The notes under the pieces are model-generated. The model was not told where the DNA came from, searched no databases, and saw only the letters and a program-made list of their open reading frames with translations. Below are positions 48,801 through 61,630 of a stretch of DNA of 64,000 nt, one piece after another. The stretch lies in NCBI GenBank assembly GCA_973895155.1, contig OZ316893.1:14910645-14974644 (forward strand), read 5' to 3'. Source of the stretch: Marsupella aquatica. Its lineage: Eukaryota; Plantae; Marchantiophyta. The first letter of the stretch is position 1, and each line of letters begins with the position of its first letter. The position numbers and the translations under genes were made by a program.

Positions 48801-49125
48801 GTTGCAGCTGCGGAAGCAGCAAAGGAAGCGATTTGGTTGGATAGACTTATCACTGAAATGGGATTGCCACAGGGAAATGTGAAGCTCCATTGTGATAGTC
48901 AAAGTGCGCTCCACCTTGCTGTGAACCAGGTGATGGACAGCAGAATGAAGCACATTGACGTCAAGTACCATTTTATCAGGCAGGGCTGTGTTTGATAATT
49001 TGTTTGAGCTAGTCAAGATTGATGGTAAACACAACCCGGCTGACGCATTTACCAAAGTGATTTCTTTGGAAAGTTTCTCTAGACACCGTGACGTATTGCA
49101 GGTTTTGCAATTGCATCACAAGTAG
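45852..49125 (+). pseudogene. pol: Copia Pol (protease, GAG-pre-integrase, integrase, RT, RNase H); disrupted
   Basis: WILDCACSFH, LWHSRLGH, HSDVWGP, LRSDNGGEY, YKARLVAKG, LYVDDML, DSQSA, NPADAFTK. In-frame TAA at 46965-67 and a +1 frameshift near 48984. Confidence 0.93.
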
Positions 49126-49315
49126 AGTTTTCTTAACATTCATTGTAATTACTGATATATGCTCTTCCTCATTCCTATGTATTAGGCTACGGCTTAGTTC
49201 TGGTTTACTCTAGTTAGAGAGGGAAACCGGTTTGGTTTTTGTCCAGAACTTCCCGCTGAGGGATCATATACATTGGCAGTATTACTCTCCCCTAGACCAG
49301 AGTCAAGGGGAAGAT

Positions 49316-49719
49316 TGTTGGGTATTTACTCTTACGTCTAGGTTAGGTATGACGTGGTTGGTACAACAACGTGGGTTGGTACAACTACGTGGTTAGGTAC
49401 AACTACGTGATTAGGTACAACTATGTGGTTAGGTACAACTACGTGGTTAGGTACAACTAAGTTGCACACTATATCATAAAGAGGCATGTGTGCTTGGAGA
49501 GGTAGAACCAAGGCTCATTGTTATGAAGCCACTTGAGAGATAGGGAGAGCTTACACTGTGGAGACTCGGTATAGCCGACGGGCTTAGAGTTCAGTAAAGC
49601 TCTCTTGTGTGTTCCCATGGACGTAGCCTCAAGGAGGTGAACCACGTATCTCTTGTGTCGACTATTGTGCGTTGGATGGTTCATGGGCTTGCCGTTGCGA
49701 TCGTCGTCTATGCTCAACA
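49316..49719 (+). repeat. 3' LTR (404 bp)
   Basis: Preceded by the PPT (49305-49314). One extra 18-bp unit relative to the 5' LTR. Confidence 0.95.
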
Positions 49720-51432
49720 TCCATCACCAACTGACCGCTCTGACCCCAGGACATGCTCATGGCCCAAATAGCGTAGCTTGTCCTAAAGCTTGTCCCAAGC
49801 TTGTCCCAACACGCCGGAACCAGAATGGCCTTGACCCTAGAATCCACCCCTGATTCACCTCATTGATGGTCTATGGGCCGAACACTCTTGGGACTTAACC
49901 TCCACATCTACTTGGCCCTGCCTGCCCAATGCAAGCTCCCTTGGGAGACTGAACGCGGCTTGGCTACTGTTCGGTAGGATTTGGCAAGCGGGCGAGTTAA
50001 CACCCGCAAACCCCAAGACCCCAAGGTACCCCCAGACCCAGCTGAGCTCAGGAGGGGTAGCCCTCCTCAAGAGTTTTCCAACGCACCCAACAAGTCCTCC
50101 AATGGACTTCCCATTGGGAAGATATCGCCATTTCCGTTAGGCGGTTTCCCTTAGTGTGGCGACCGCCGCGGCTCACGACTTCGGCTCGCCCTTAGCCCCC
50201 AGGGAGACACCACTACTCTCATATATGCTTCTTGAGAACTGTCACCCCTGGACCAGCTTTGGTCCCTAAACATTTGGCCCACAACCCGGATCCTATCGCG
50301 CATAATGGGCGCGCCACCAACTGGCAACGCCCATAACTTTCTCGGTAGGCATCCGCAAGCGGAGTGCCTTAGCCCGTTGTGATCGGGCCAACCCAGTGCT
50401 CATGCCTAGACCCCCAGGTCTCATCCCCGCTCGGGGCCCCCGACCGGCCCAACCCTGATCGGGCCCTAACTTGGGCCCCAAGCGTCTGTTGCCCATGGCG
50501 TCAACTCCATTGTCCTTGGGCCCAAGAGGAGCTCACACTCAAGCACTCAGAAGTCAAAGTCCATCCGGAGGTCCGGACGGCCACCCTCAAGCCCGGCCCA
50601 TTTCCCCTTGACCCGACATGCTATCAGCTAGTCCAAGTCCTTAGTGTGTGTCCCCAGCTTGGCTCCTTGCCTTGCTAGTGCCACGTCTCATTGCCCACAA
50701 GTCTCCCCATGCTAAGTCCTCCCCGGATGGCCTATCCGGGCATGGACCATAAGGGAGCTCGCCGTCGGAGTCAGCGACGCCGGAGCTAAGTGTTAAGGTA
50801 GTCGAGTTCCGCGACTCTTGGTGTGGCTATGATGAGCAAAGCTTAGTAAAGTTCTTGTATTCCCATGGACGCAACTTTTACGAAGGTGAATCACATATTT
50901 ATATGACATTGGTATAATGTGTGCTTGTTGGTATCTTGTGTACAAAGTTGTCAGTTTTCTCAACACAAAAGGTGCTAAGGTGCATGGGGTTGCACAATCA
51001 AGTGCTCGGCCCATTAGGGCATCTCAAACCTGTTCTTTCTTAGAAATAATTCTGGTCACCTGATGCAGGATTATATGTTGATAACCTTGACTGAAGCATA
51101 ACTTTTGGGCAACCTTTCTCATATTTGGTTTCAGATAGGGCATCATGTTTTTATGAACTATAATTGCACATCAACAACCAGGAGCATACGTTGAGGACAA
51201 CAAGAGGTTGAATGGATATTTCATACCAAGATAAACCTGATTATTAGTTTTCTATCATTGAGTTAACTCTTATACATATCCGACTGCAGTTTTTGGATGT
51301 GCGATTACCAGGATGCATTTTGTGAAACAGTTTTTAAGTATATTGTCACTAAAGATGTTTGAATTTACAATACTGCAATTATTTTGTTAGTATTTAAAAA
51401 AATATCATTGTTTTCATATATAGTTTTCCTAG

Positions 51433-51633
51433 TTACCCTGGTAAACTTTTTATCCATATACAAATCATGGTATTTTTATAAATACAAGAAAATAGTGACA
51501 ATATTGAATTAGAATATTTTTAGTGGCAAAATAATTAAAAGGTGTTACCCTGGTAAACTTGTTATCCATATACAAATCATGGTATTTTTATAAATACAAA
51601 AAAATAGTAACAATATTAAATTAGAACATCTTT
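51433..51633. repeat. ~110-bp AT-rich tandem duplication
   Basis: gttaccctggtaaactt.ttatccatatacaaatcatggtatttttataaatacaa occurs twice. Confidence 0.85.
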
Positions 51634-52952
51634 AAAAGGTGTTTGGTGAAAGCACAGATTGTTCTTCAAGGGCACTATTATATTCTTGCAGATCAAGCTT
51701 TGGTGCAGATAACATGTAACTCATACTCAAGAGTTCGTAATGGGATGGAAGCGGGTTACAGACCATTATTATACTCAAGTTGGGGATTAGTTGGGGGTTC
51801 CGCCCATTATACTCAAGTTAGGGACGAGTTACTAGTGATAAATCACAAGTTAATTTTTGTTTGTAAACACTAGACCAAATCATCATTACTCTATACATAA
51901 GCTTTAAAAACATACAAAGGCAAACATACACCAGGGGTAACGGTGCACTGACGAATACACGAAGGGTATACGGTGCACTGACCACCAGGGTAGTGACGAT
52001 AGTATTTGGCAGATCGGTAGATTTGTAACACGGCTGTAAAAATCGAATGGATGTTATTGTTTAATGCGCAATTTCTCACTGGACAACCGCAATTGCCACC
52101 CATCCAGCCGGCTGGCATCATAGTCCCCAATTCCCGATCTTCGTCGACGTAAGCACCTCCAAGTTGCAGGGTCACTGTAATTACGCATCAAAATATATAA
52201 TATACTTTGTACGACATGTCTTCATTTTATAATAGCATAAGCGTCATTATTTTTGTTAAATTAATGAGTGCACAAGTCATATAATGACATTTTGATACGT
52301 GATTACCGACAAGGCAAGTTGCATACCAAATCTTGCGCCCATGCAAGACTGGATCTCCTGTTTCCGCGCTCGTGGCCCCGCTCCCCACATGACGGCCTCG
52401 GCCATACTACGATCCTACCGTGGTCCCTACTCCATACTGTCCCTCCTCGGCCTATCAGACATAACCTACTGGAGACGGATACTAATCTCCGTTCCCCAAT
52501 CGACGGCCTCCTTGAGGCGCCAGCGCGTTGGACAATCCTAGGCCGTGGATGTTTCCCGCTTCGGTCCCATATCCCGAGATTTGGCACCGGTGCCCTTGAT
52601 TGGCCGGCAGTGGGGGGCGTGGGCTTTGTCCTTTTGCGGTCTGACGCTAACTATACATGCGGTAGAGCCGGTGAGTCTCTGTTTTGTCCCTGGCCCGCAG
52701 TCTCGGAGGTGGGAAGCTTATTACTAGTGGCCGTAACTGACATGCACGGCGAGAGAGGCAAAACACGCAACTAGTGGCTCTCATTGACCTGGCAGTGGTT
52801 GGTCGAGGGACGAGGGTAGAGCGTAGGAGAGAGGATGGGGCATGAGCAGCCCATATTGATATTACTACTGTGCACGTCCACGGCTCAATTGTCCACAGGT
52901 TCATGTGGAAATATCGCTTATTTCTCTGCATACACCGATCAATCAATCAATT

Positions 52953-53347
52953 CTATATTATGATTCGTGATATTTAGACGGTCTCCTTTGTGATCAACTC
53001 AGCAAAGTGAAGCCAAAATAAGCCAAGAATCATTTCATAACAGTGTTTTTAATATTAAACTAAAAGTACCATATGTTTTGTAAGGAGAGAGGGGCATGGG
53101 TGTGGCTATATTGAGCCAGTAGCGTAACACTTGTTTTACTTTCATCATGCATCAATAGAAATCTTGTTGAAGAGACATCTATATTATAATTCGTGATATT
53201 TAGACGCTTACCTTCATATCTACTCAGCAAAGTGAAGCCAAAATAAGCCAAGAATCATTTCATAATAGTGATTTCAATATTAAACTAAAAGTACGATATG
53301 TTTTGTAAGGAGAGACTGGCATGGGTGTGGCTATATTGAGCCAGTAG
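52953..53347. repeat. ~168-bp direct duplication (period ~226 bp)
   Basis: ttcgtgatatttagacg...actcagcaaagtgaagccaaaataagccaagaatc...ggctatattgagccagtag occurs twice. Confidence 0.85.
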
Positions 53348-55649
53348 AGTTATAATGGAATTAGTGTGAATTAGTGAGAATAACACTAATTCATGAAAAG
53401 AGCCTGAGAATGCTTGCTCTAGAACTATTAGTGTGAGTAACACTACATATGGTCAACAGTGTACAGTCCCGAATTCCATGGAATGTAGTCCTTTGCTTTT
53501 CATTATATCTCCAATTGACGCCAACGTTCATGTGATCGTAAGATCTTCTAGATTCTTGGTGCCCAATTTTAGTTGTGATTGCTGAATCAGCATTGATGAA
53601 CACCCAATGTGTGAGTCTGTGATCCTTGCTATGTTGAATCGATAACAAGAGATGATTTTCTGGAATCTAATCCTTTGCTCGTCAATAAAAGCTTCCCATA
53701 CTTTGTTTTGTTTTGAAAGCACTTTTTAGACCCATATGAAACGTAGGCTGTTAGCAAAAGTAATGCCAGGATGAACTGGCAAGTTCATACTACTACTGTA
53801 GTTCCCATTCTAGTCATTTGATTTTGAAATTTTGTTTTTTCTGTAGCTGTTCTTTCTCAGGATTTGTCTCTCAATTTAGTCTTTGAAGTCTTCTGTAAAT
53901 AGGTTTCTCACTAGTTGTTGGTTCTCAGGAGCTGATTCACAATTTCAGAGAGAGGAGACTCCATGTTTGCCAAAATGCTTGAATAGAATTTTGCAACCCG
54001 AATAGATGGACTGCAGCAAAATTTTGTTGTGCTTAGATAGTTTGTGTTCAAGAAATGAGATAGTGGTGTTTGGGAATTTGTAGTTCTGAATTTTCAATGA
54101 AATTTGATGATGTTATGTTCATTGGAAAGATTTTGAAAGCCGTTGCAAATAAACACCCCCCCCCCAAAAAAAAAAGAAAAAAAGAAAAAAGAAGAAGATC
54201 TTTTTGAATATCCAGGGAGATACTGAATGTCAACTAAAACAGTTTTTCTGAGACACAAAGTTAGTGTGGACAGTGGCGGAGTGAATTTTTAGAAATTCAT
54301 AACTCTCAATTTTTACTAAAACTATAGATATTTGACTGGTTGGACAATTAGTGAAGTTGTGCAAGGAGGGCCACACTAAACAGCCAATACATAAAGTGGA
54401 AGCCCATTATAAGGGTTTTCCACACTTACGGGTAAGGGCACTCCTTCCCCTTAAAAATTATTGATAAGTGCAAGTCATGCTACTAAAGTAAAATTTGCAT
54501 TTAGATAGGGGATCACCATTAGGGGAAGGATGTGCAATTCAGGAAGGAAGTAACAACTCTAGACTAAAACAGGGCCCATTGGACAAGGAGTAAATTATGC
54601 AAATTCCTAGTATTTGCGCTAATAACGTAGTGCAAACTCTCATTAGGTGCACACTAGAGGCTTCTTCCCCGGGTGTGTGCACCTAGACTGAGATCAATTT
54701 AATTACTTATTTATTTGTGTGAACCTGTTCTTCTTACTGTACTTACAACGGTACATTCTGCCCTGACTGTCAGATTTGTGGAATAATATTTGCAGGTGAC
54801 TAACTTCCGATATAATTGGTTCACCTGGCGTCTAGAAAACAGTAGCCCACTTGCTCTACCAAAGGAGTGGTTGCTGTTTCAAAATAATAATTTTCACTGG
54901 CTAGACCTGAGATTATGACTTATGTGTATTCAATGACAGACGTATTTCATGACAACTGTAGCTCTTGTTTGGTCACCTGCCACACTCACTTTCGTTCGAA
55001 TGGAAGATGGGTTTAGTTAAGCAAATTAATGATAATACTTCAAAAGGTCAGTCTTGTTTCAGAAATAAGCCCTCGAAATGTGAGACACCATATCTCCAGG
55101 CCTCGAAATGTGAGATTGATTCACAACCAGCCTAAAACTCTCAATTTTGAAGGTGCTATGGGGAATTCATAGATTCTATTTTTAATTTATTTTTCTGTGT
55201 CATGTATTTTTATTTGACCAAGGGGCACCATTTGTATCATTTAGATTTTTAATTAATTTCTGGACCCCTTTAAGTTTTGGTATCCTAGAATGTTTTGAAC
55301 TTATTTCAAGTGTGTGAGAAAACCAATGACTTTAATTTTTACCACTTTAACAAAAGTTTCAAGTTTTCTCAAGAGTCAGAGAAATGAATCTCAAACACAT
55401 TGTGTGTTAAGTTCATTTCATGACTTTATTTCCTAAGTTTATTGTTTTTATTAAATTGAGTGTCATTAATCAGGCACATTGAATTAATGAGTGCACAGAT
55501 CTTAGAAATTGTGCCATGAAACTTCCAGTGCATTATTGTAATGTCATGAGAAGGGGGAGGGGAGACGGGCGGGGTGAATGAAGGGCATTGCTCTTGTGCA
55601 TTGTAAAACAAAGCCCAAGAACCTCTATCCTGAGTTTGAATGGACCCTC

Positions 55650-55928
55650 GGGGGGTTGACTAAAAAAAATCTTAGGAATTACGTGCGATCCAAAATATGT
55701 ATTTTTGATAAAAATTAACTAAATTTTAAAAAATTGTAGGAGGCAAAAGAAGGTATTATAAACTCATGTTTATAGAATATTCTCTAATATATACTTTTTA
55801 TAAAATAAAATAGATTATTAATACTGAAAATAGAAAATATTCTTGGAATATTTTTTATAAAATAGATCTATTTATATTAGGTTAATATCACACGTGGTAC
55901 CCCAAAATATACACTTAGTTAACCCCCC
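55650..55928. mobile_element. AT-rich MITE with G-run TIRs
   Basis: GGGGGGTTGACTAA / TTAGTTAACCCCCC (1 mismatch), plus degenerate inner inverted match acgtgcgat/atcacacgt. Very AT-rich core; no TSD seen. Confidence 0.5.
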
Positions 55929-58900
55929 AAGAATAGACCCTATAGACACTGGTGCTCATTCCATAAAAATGAGAAAATGATCAGAGAAGGCACGAGATGC
56001 AAAACATGTGCCGTGAGTAGTAACATACATGCTGTTTGGCAGCACAGGCAAAAGAAAAATACATACTTGAAAAAAAAGTATTTGAGTACAGCAGTGTTGC
56101 AAACATTTGGTGATATCCATCATGGGTGTAAGCAAGAAAATGACTCTAACTTGTTCATGCATAATTGGAGATATGTGCTTGATGAAGCCCCAAAATGAAA
56201 AATGATAGGACATGGAGGGATCCAGATCATTAATTGACCTTGAAATAATCTCACGGGTCCCATCAAGGAAATACCTCTACAAAACTGTATCATTGTTATT
56301 AGTAAGAGTTCCTTTCAGAAAAAGACTTGAAAGGGCCCCTCCAGGGAAAGGAACCCCTCACCAGGCCCCCTCATTAGAAATGGACTCCTTGGGACCTGCA
56401 GCCCATGCACATTCCCTGCCACCTAGCCTCTTTCACCCCTCGTAGTTCCAGAGTAAACCACTATAGTACCTTGTAGCCCTGTTGTCCTTCCAAGTCTATT
56501 TTAAAAGTTCTTTTTTCCCCTATTGTGGCCAATGCCACCTGGTACATTGAAGTTGAAGATTCTAACTGAATGTTTTTTGTATAATTGTTTTAGATGAATA
56601 TTTTTACATGCAATCTAACTATATTTAAACCACACCTACAACTACAAGGGGCTTTGGGTTACCCAGAGTCCCCATAAACTCCACTATAGTGTGACCCCAC
56701 CATCAGGAAGCGAGGCTGCGCCTCCCCTGAACCTTGCCTCTGCCGTCTGATCCAATTTACTACTCAAAAACTAGATCTCAATGAGATCTATGTCTAAAAA
56801 AAACTGACAAAAAGGTTCAATAATTCAAGAGAAAATATGAAAAATCAAACGCGCAATATGATTGGCCAAATTCGAAATTTGAATTTTGAGGAGAAGAGGA
56901 GATCTAAGTGTCTACCCTTATGATCTCTATCAATCTCATCTGTCCACCTTAGTGATTGATCAATGACTCAAATGAAAGATCTTTATGAGATCTATGGATG
57001 GTTTTTTTTTTTTCATTTTGAAATTGGTTTGAAAAATAAAATCCAAGCCTTCCTGCCCGTAGATGTGGTCCCTTCGGTCAGATTCTGGAAAAGGGGGTAC
57101 GTGGCTACCATAGGTGTGAAATAAACAGAAAACAAGACTCATTTTGACAAAAATGGTTCAGCCATTTTTAGTGGGGTTGCATAGTGAAATTTTGCACAAT
57201 GGCTGATCCCTAAAGGAGGGGGGGGGGGGGGGGGGGGGAACAACTTTGAGACTCCCTTAGTACTGTAGTGTTACTATGGGTCAGAATATCCACTGGGAAA
57301 ATTTAACCTGGGGGTTTGGTATGGGGTCACAACCCGCCCATGAGTTAGACCCAATTTTAAGTGCAGTGCCCTGACTGTACCATTACCCAATCCATGGCAT
57401 TTGGGTGCAAAAAATCACTGGGGAAGGGATACCACTTAAGAAATATTTTGAAAACTCTTCAAAAACACCAGGTCACCAGGTGGGATTGACACACTATGGG
57501 ACAAAAAGAAAAAGCTTTCAGAATAGTCTAGAAGTGAGACTACGGCTAAGGTTACTATGTTGGTTGACTGGAAGTGTGAAATGGTTTAAGAGGTTAGGTG
57601 GCTGGGGTTGTGCATGGACTCAGCCCCAGCCCCCAGGGAGTCCATTTCAAAGGAAGGGGCCTCGGAAGGGTTCGTTTTTCCGTACTAATCCATTTGAATG
57701 TATGGCGGAAGCGTATGCATGATTGTGTACTATCATGATCTCGGTGGGGTAGCTATGCCGTAGTCGTACAACATCAATAATTGCGAGACCTCGTCCAAAT
57801 CTGTAAATGAGTATGTAATATGGGCTTTTCCAATACAATTGGCCAATCCACGAGGAGTTCACGTGATGGAGCAGTTATTTCTCACACTGTCATTGAGCCA
57901 TTGGCTGAAACAATGTTGAAAAGTGTATCTGTCGAGGACAAACAAATCAACAATGCTCTTTATCTTTGATTCTCTCTCCCATTCTCATTATTAAAGCAGT
58001 ATAGTTTCAGGGGTTTCAGGACTCTTGATGCTCGCGCATTCATGATTCTCAGGTACAGTTTATCCATGATACAGCCTACAATGTAACGTCATGCAGAAAC
58101 AAAACGAAAAGTATTGAAATCAAATACTTTGATGGACCACCATGCTTGGTAGGGTTTCCCTTGTTTTGGGTGAATCAAATCCACTTCTTATTATTCCACC
58201 AAAAGCGCTGCCCTAAGTTGTCAATCTACTTCAAAGTCAATACTACCAGTCGTTCCATAGTGATTTAGTTTATGCTACAATATAATATGTATGAGCATAC
58301 CCACTGCACCAAGCAATTCAAATGCTTTGCAATAGCGATTGGGCTACCAAATAGGCTGCTTTAACTCTGCTACAATAATCAATCTACTGCCATTCCAATG
58401 GTTTGCAAGTGCCGTGCATAATGTTGCAACTGGGGCTCAAGACTCTTCTTCTATGTATGCGTGTTAAATATTTAGTCCAAAAGCCAAAAATGTTTTGTAA
58501 GACCCGTGCATAATGTTGCAATAGTCCAAAAAATGCCGTTCCTATATAAATCCTAAACACTTCCCCGTTAACTTTCAGCTGAGTTCTAATGTACAAGTCC
58601 AGGACAGACCAATCTTTGCACCCTCACTGTCAATTTGAAAGGGGTTTTCCATGCGTTGCACCACAGAGAACAACTCAGGCACCATGAGCTACTCTTGGAT
58701 GCTAGGTTTATCCATGGGACACAGCTGTTCTTGCAAAATGCCCCTTTAAGATGAGCGTAAAGCCATAAATCTCTCGTACTACAAGAAGTTGGCACCAAAG
58801 CATTTGAGGACCATTTTCTTTCCAAAAAGCTCTCGTGACAAAAAACTGACACCAACGGGTTTAGTACCATTTTCCCCATAAATCTCTCGTCCCACAAAAC

Positions 58901-58954
58901 GTTGCCACCAAAGCAAGCTGGGACCATTTTGTCCAGGCCTCTCACGGTCAAGAC

Positions 58955-59101
58955 GGCTCTAACCGGTCGCTCTAATAACTGGTCCCTCTAACTGGTCGGC
59001 TTTAACCGGTCGCTCTAATAACTGGTCCCTCTAACTGGTCGGCTTTAACCGGTCGCTCTAACTGGTCGCTGTAACTGGGACACCGGTCGCTCTAACTGGT
59101 C
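58955..59101. repeat. 13-bp (GCTCTAACTGGTC) minisatellite with a 43-bp higher-order unit, overlapping the LRR gene stop codon
   Basis: About 10 units read directly. The rightmost unit contains the TAG at 59092-94. Confidence 0.85.
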
Positions 59102-60492
59102 AGGGGGCAGCGTGCCAAGGGCGGGCCGCAGAGGGCAGGGTTGCCCTCAAAGGCGCTGGCGGGAAAGGAGGGCCAGGGGCCACCAGGAATGGGGCCGAAG
59201 AGTAGGTTGGCCGAGACGTTGGCCAGGACCAAGTTGTGGAGCGACGCCAGTTGGGGCGGGATGTAGCCAACGAGTTCGTTACTCTCGAGGAAAAGGAACT
59301 CGAGCTTCGAGTTGAAGACGAGAGTGTCGGGAATGTTGCTCGTGAGATTGTTGCGACTCAAATCGAGAGATTGGAGCTCCCCGAGCTGGCCGATCGTCGG
59401 CGGGATCAATCCGGAGAGCGTGTTGTTGCTCAGATCGAGCTCCTCGATGTGGCTACCCAACGGGAACACGGCGGGAATCCACCCCGACAAATGGTTGTCG
59501 TGGAGGAAGACTGAAGTCAGGGTCTGGATGCCGAGGAGCCCCACAGGAATAGATCCATCGAGTGCGTTGGCGCTCAAATCCAAGAAGCGGAGATCTCGAA
59601 GGAGTGGAAGAGACACCGGAATTGACCCTTTGAAGCGGTTGTGTGATAGGTCGAGATGGCGGAGGCTGGGCAGGAGGAAGAAGAGGTTGGGGAGAGGGTT
59701 GTCGTCGAATTGATTATGAGCTAAATCGAGAGAGGTCAGATTTGAGCGAAAGAGGAGTCCGATGCCTCCCGTGAAAGCGTTGGAGCTTAAGTCGAGGGTT
59801 CGTAATCGGCGGAAGGCCTGTGTCATGTAGAGCGGGAGTCCGCCGGTGAGCTCGTTGTTACTCAAACAGAGGTGCGTGAGCTTTTGTAATTGTGCGTACG
59901 TAACTGGGATGGTTCCCGTGAACGCGCAATTTACTAGCGATATGGAGTGAAGGTTGGAGAGAATACCCCAGGTGGACGGAAGGTCGGTTTTGAAGCGGAC
60001 GGATGTGAGAGAGAGCGTTTCCAAGGCGCTCAATTGTGAGAGGGGAACTCCTGCCACGCCACTGAAGTACGACGACAAGGAGAGGAACGAGGTATCCGAT
60101 TCATGGCCTTGGATGCTCAGCTGCACTCCGGTGACTCTGCGCTGACCCGAAGACCAGGAGCATGTTATTCCTCTCCATGTGCAGCAATCTGTCAGGGGGT
60201 TCCATGATGAGAGTACATCCCTGGGATCTGTGAGCTGTGCTCGGAAGCTGAGGAGGGCCGTGGCGTCCCGGAAGACGCAGGAAGGAGGAATGTCCGGGTT
60301 TGTGATATTTGGAAGTTTAATGTCACGACTGTCAGGAATCCCCGGAATGGAAGGAATTGGTATCTTGGGAAGTCCACCGATGCTGATGCTGTCTCCATTG
60401 ACGGTCCGATTCCAGCTAGTGACACAGAGTATGAAAATGAGCGCGGGGAACACTCCTGTGGATTGTGTCCGTCCCTCCATTCCCACGGCCAT
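59092..60492 (-). CDS. Secreted leucine-rich-repeat protein (PGIP/DRT100-like; no TM or kinase domain), intronless, 466 aa
   Basis: Hydrophobic signal peptide, Pro/Ile-rich linker, LRRNT C...DATALLSF...LTDP..VLSSW....DCCTWRGITC, about 11 plant-type LxxLDLSxNxLxGxIP repeats, C-cap FEGNPALCGPPL..C. Confidence 0.93.
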   Translation of the reverse strand: MAVGMEGRTQSTGVFPALIFILCVTSWNRTVNGDSISIGGLPKIPIPSIPGIPDSRDIKLPNITNPDIPPSCVFRDATALLSFRAQLTDPRDVLSSWNPLTDCCTWRGITCSWSSGQRRVTGVQLSIQGHESDTSFLSLSSYFSGVAGVPLSQLSALETLSLTSVRFKTDLPSTWGILSNLHSISLVNCAFTGTIPVTYAQLQKLTHLCLSNNELTGGLPLYMTQAFRRLRTLDLSSNAFTGGIGLLFRSNLTSLDLAHNQFDDNPLPNLFFLLPSLRHLDLSHNRFKGSIPVSLPLLRDLRFLDLSANALDGSIPVGLLGIQTLTSVFLHDNHLSGWIPAVFPLGSHIEELDLSNNTLSGLIPPTIGQLGELQSLDLSRNNLTSNIPDTLVFNSKLEFLFLESNELVGYIPPQLASLHNLVLANVSANLLFGPIPGGPWPSFPASAFEGNPALCGPPLARCPLTS

Positions 60493-61284
60493 CCAATTTG
60501 TCTTGACCTTAATTCAGAGCCTGCTTCGAAAGAAAATTAACAGAATAATTGAATTGAATGACCACATGGACCTTATTGTTCCATTGGAATAACTATGAGA
60601 AACGATACTGGAGAGCCTCTTGCCATTGTCCTCAGTCGTACTTAGCGTAGTGAGCCTCAGTGTCACAGAATGATTCCACCATCCGCTGCGAATTAGCTTT
60701 AAGCTCGATGTGCGTGGACTTCAGATGTTTTGAAGCTCTGAATCCGGTCCCCGTGCTTCCCAATTTACGCCGGACGGCAATTGTCGTCCTGTGCCTCCAC
60801 CCAATGGAGAGCAACTTGTTCCTGGCGCTTCAATGAATCGGCAACCTGTGCACACAATTATCACACAGAAATGAGTCCGTGGTGTGGATTGTCCAAGATA
60901 CCGGTGACTTGCAAGTTGGGGTCTGACCTGCGAACACAATTACCACACAGGAACCCCTGGGTGTAAATAGACTTAATAAGGGTGCGCTGGACAAGCGGCA
61001 TCTTCGTTTCTCTTCGCCTCAGCAGTGAAATCTACAAGAGTAGTCGGTTCCAAGTACTTGTGTTTTCCCAATCTCCATCTCGATTCTGTACTGACTTCCA
61101 GCTGCAAACTGTCAAAAATGATTTGGTTCGCTGGCCGGAATGAGTTGTCAAAGATTACTGTTCCCTTGGACAAAAACTATCCCCCAGTTAGAGAGAAATA
61201 CTATTTCCATTTCCTACTGGGTGTAGCTAATATAACCAGATTGCGTTGTCAAGTGATTGCCTCCCTGCACTAAAAATGCCCCCT

Positions 61285-61630
61285 ACATTCTGTTCCGCAG
61301 AGAATTTGCTTCCCGCAAATTCTAATTCGTTGACGTCCCAACGATGCAAATTGCTTCACCCTTATCTGTTCCGGCGAGAAACTTCTAGATCTAATTTGCT
61401 TACTTCTGAACGATGTGACTTGCTTTCCTCTGTCACCTTCACACTCATCTGTTCGGGAGGGAATTTACGCAGCCTAATTGATTGACCTCCAAACGATGCG
61501 AATTGGTGTCCTCTGTCCGCTTCACATTCACACAAATGATCTGTTCCGGAGAGAAATAGCTTCCCAAAAGCCCTAGTTTGTTGACCTCCAAACGATGCGC
61601 ATTGCTCCCCTGCGTCAGCTTCACACTCAG
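61285..61630 (-). repeat. Four degenerate ~80-100-bp repeats that translate into a recurring peptide
   Basis: aacgatg and atctgtt(c)cgg-like cores recur four times. The minus strand reads SVKxTxxSxxHRxEVxKL...FSPEQ. Confidence 0.6.

Larger units (their letters stand above)
43273..49719 (+). mobile_element. Full-length Ty1/Copia LTR retrotransposon
   Basis: Near-identical LTRs 43273-43657 and 49316-49719 (TG...CA), TSD TCCAT, PBS TGGTATCAGAGC, PPT AAGGGGAAGA, and gag-PR-INT-RT-RH domain order. Confidence 0.97.
42647..50965 (+). mobile_element. Older LTR remnant split by a GC-rich unclassified insertion (~42885-50780), which is itself split by the Copia element
   Basis: 42770-42820 (taatgatgattag...cctagcatatag) and 50783-50965 (...ttctcaaca) match consecutive parts of the 40826-41382 LTR remnant. 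Boundaries approximate. Confidence 0.45.

Noticed and set aside
52268-52850. GC-rich segment with a 168-aa ORF
   Set aside because: No identifiable homology; ORFs in several frames are expected from GC content.
57215-57238. Long poly-G run (also 33252-33281)
   Set aside because: Simple homopolymer of uncertain length; no further evidence of function.
59112-60592. Plus-strand ORFs overlapping the LRR gene
   Set aside because: Antisense shadows of a GC-rich CDS.
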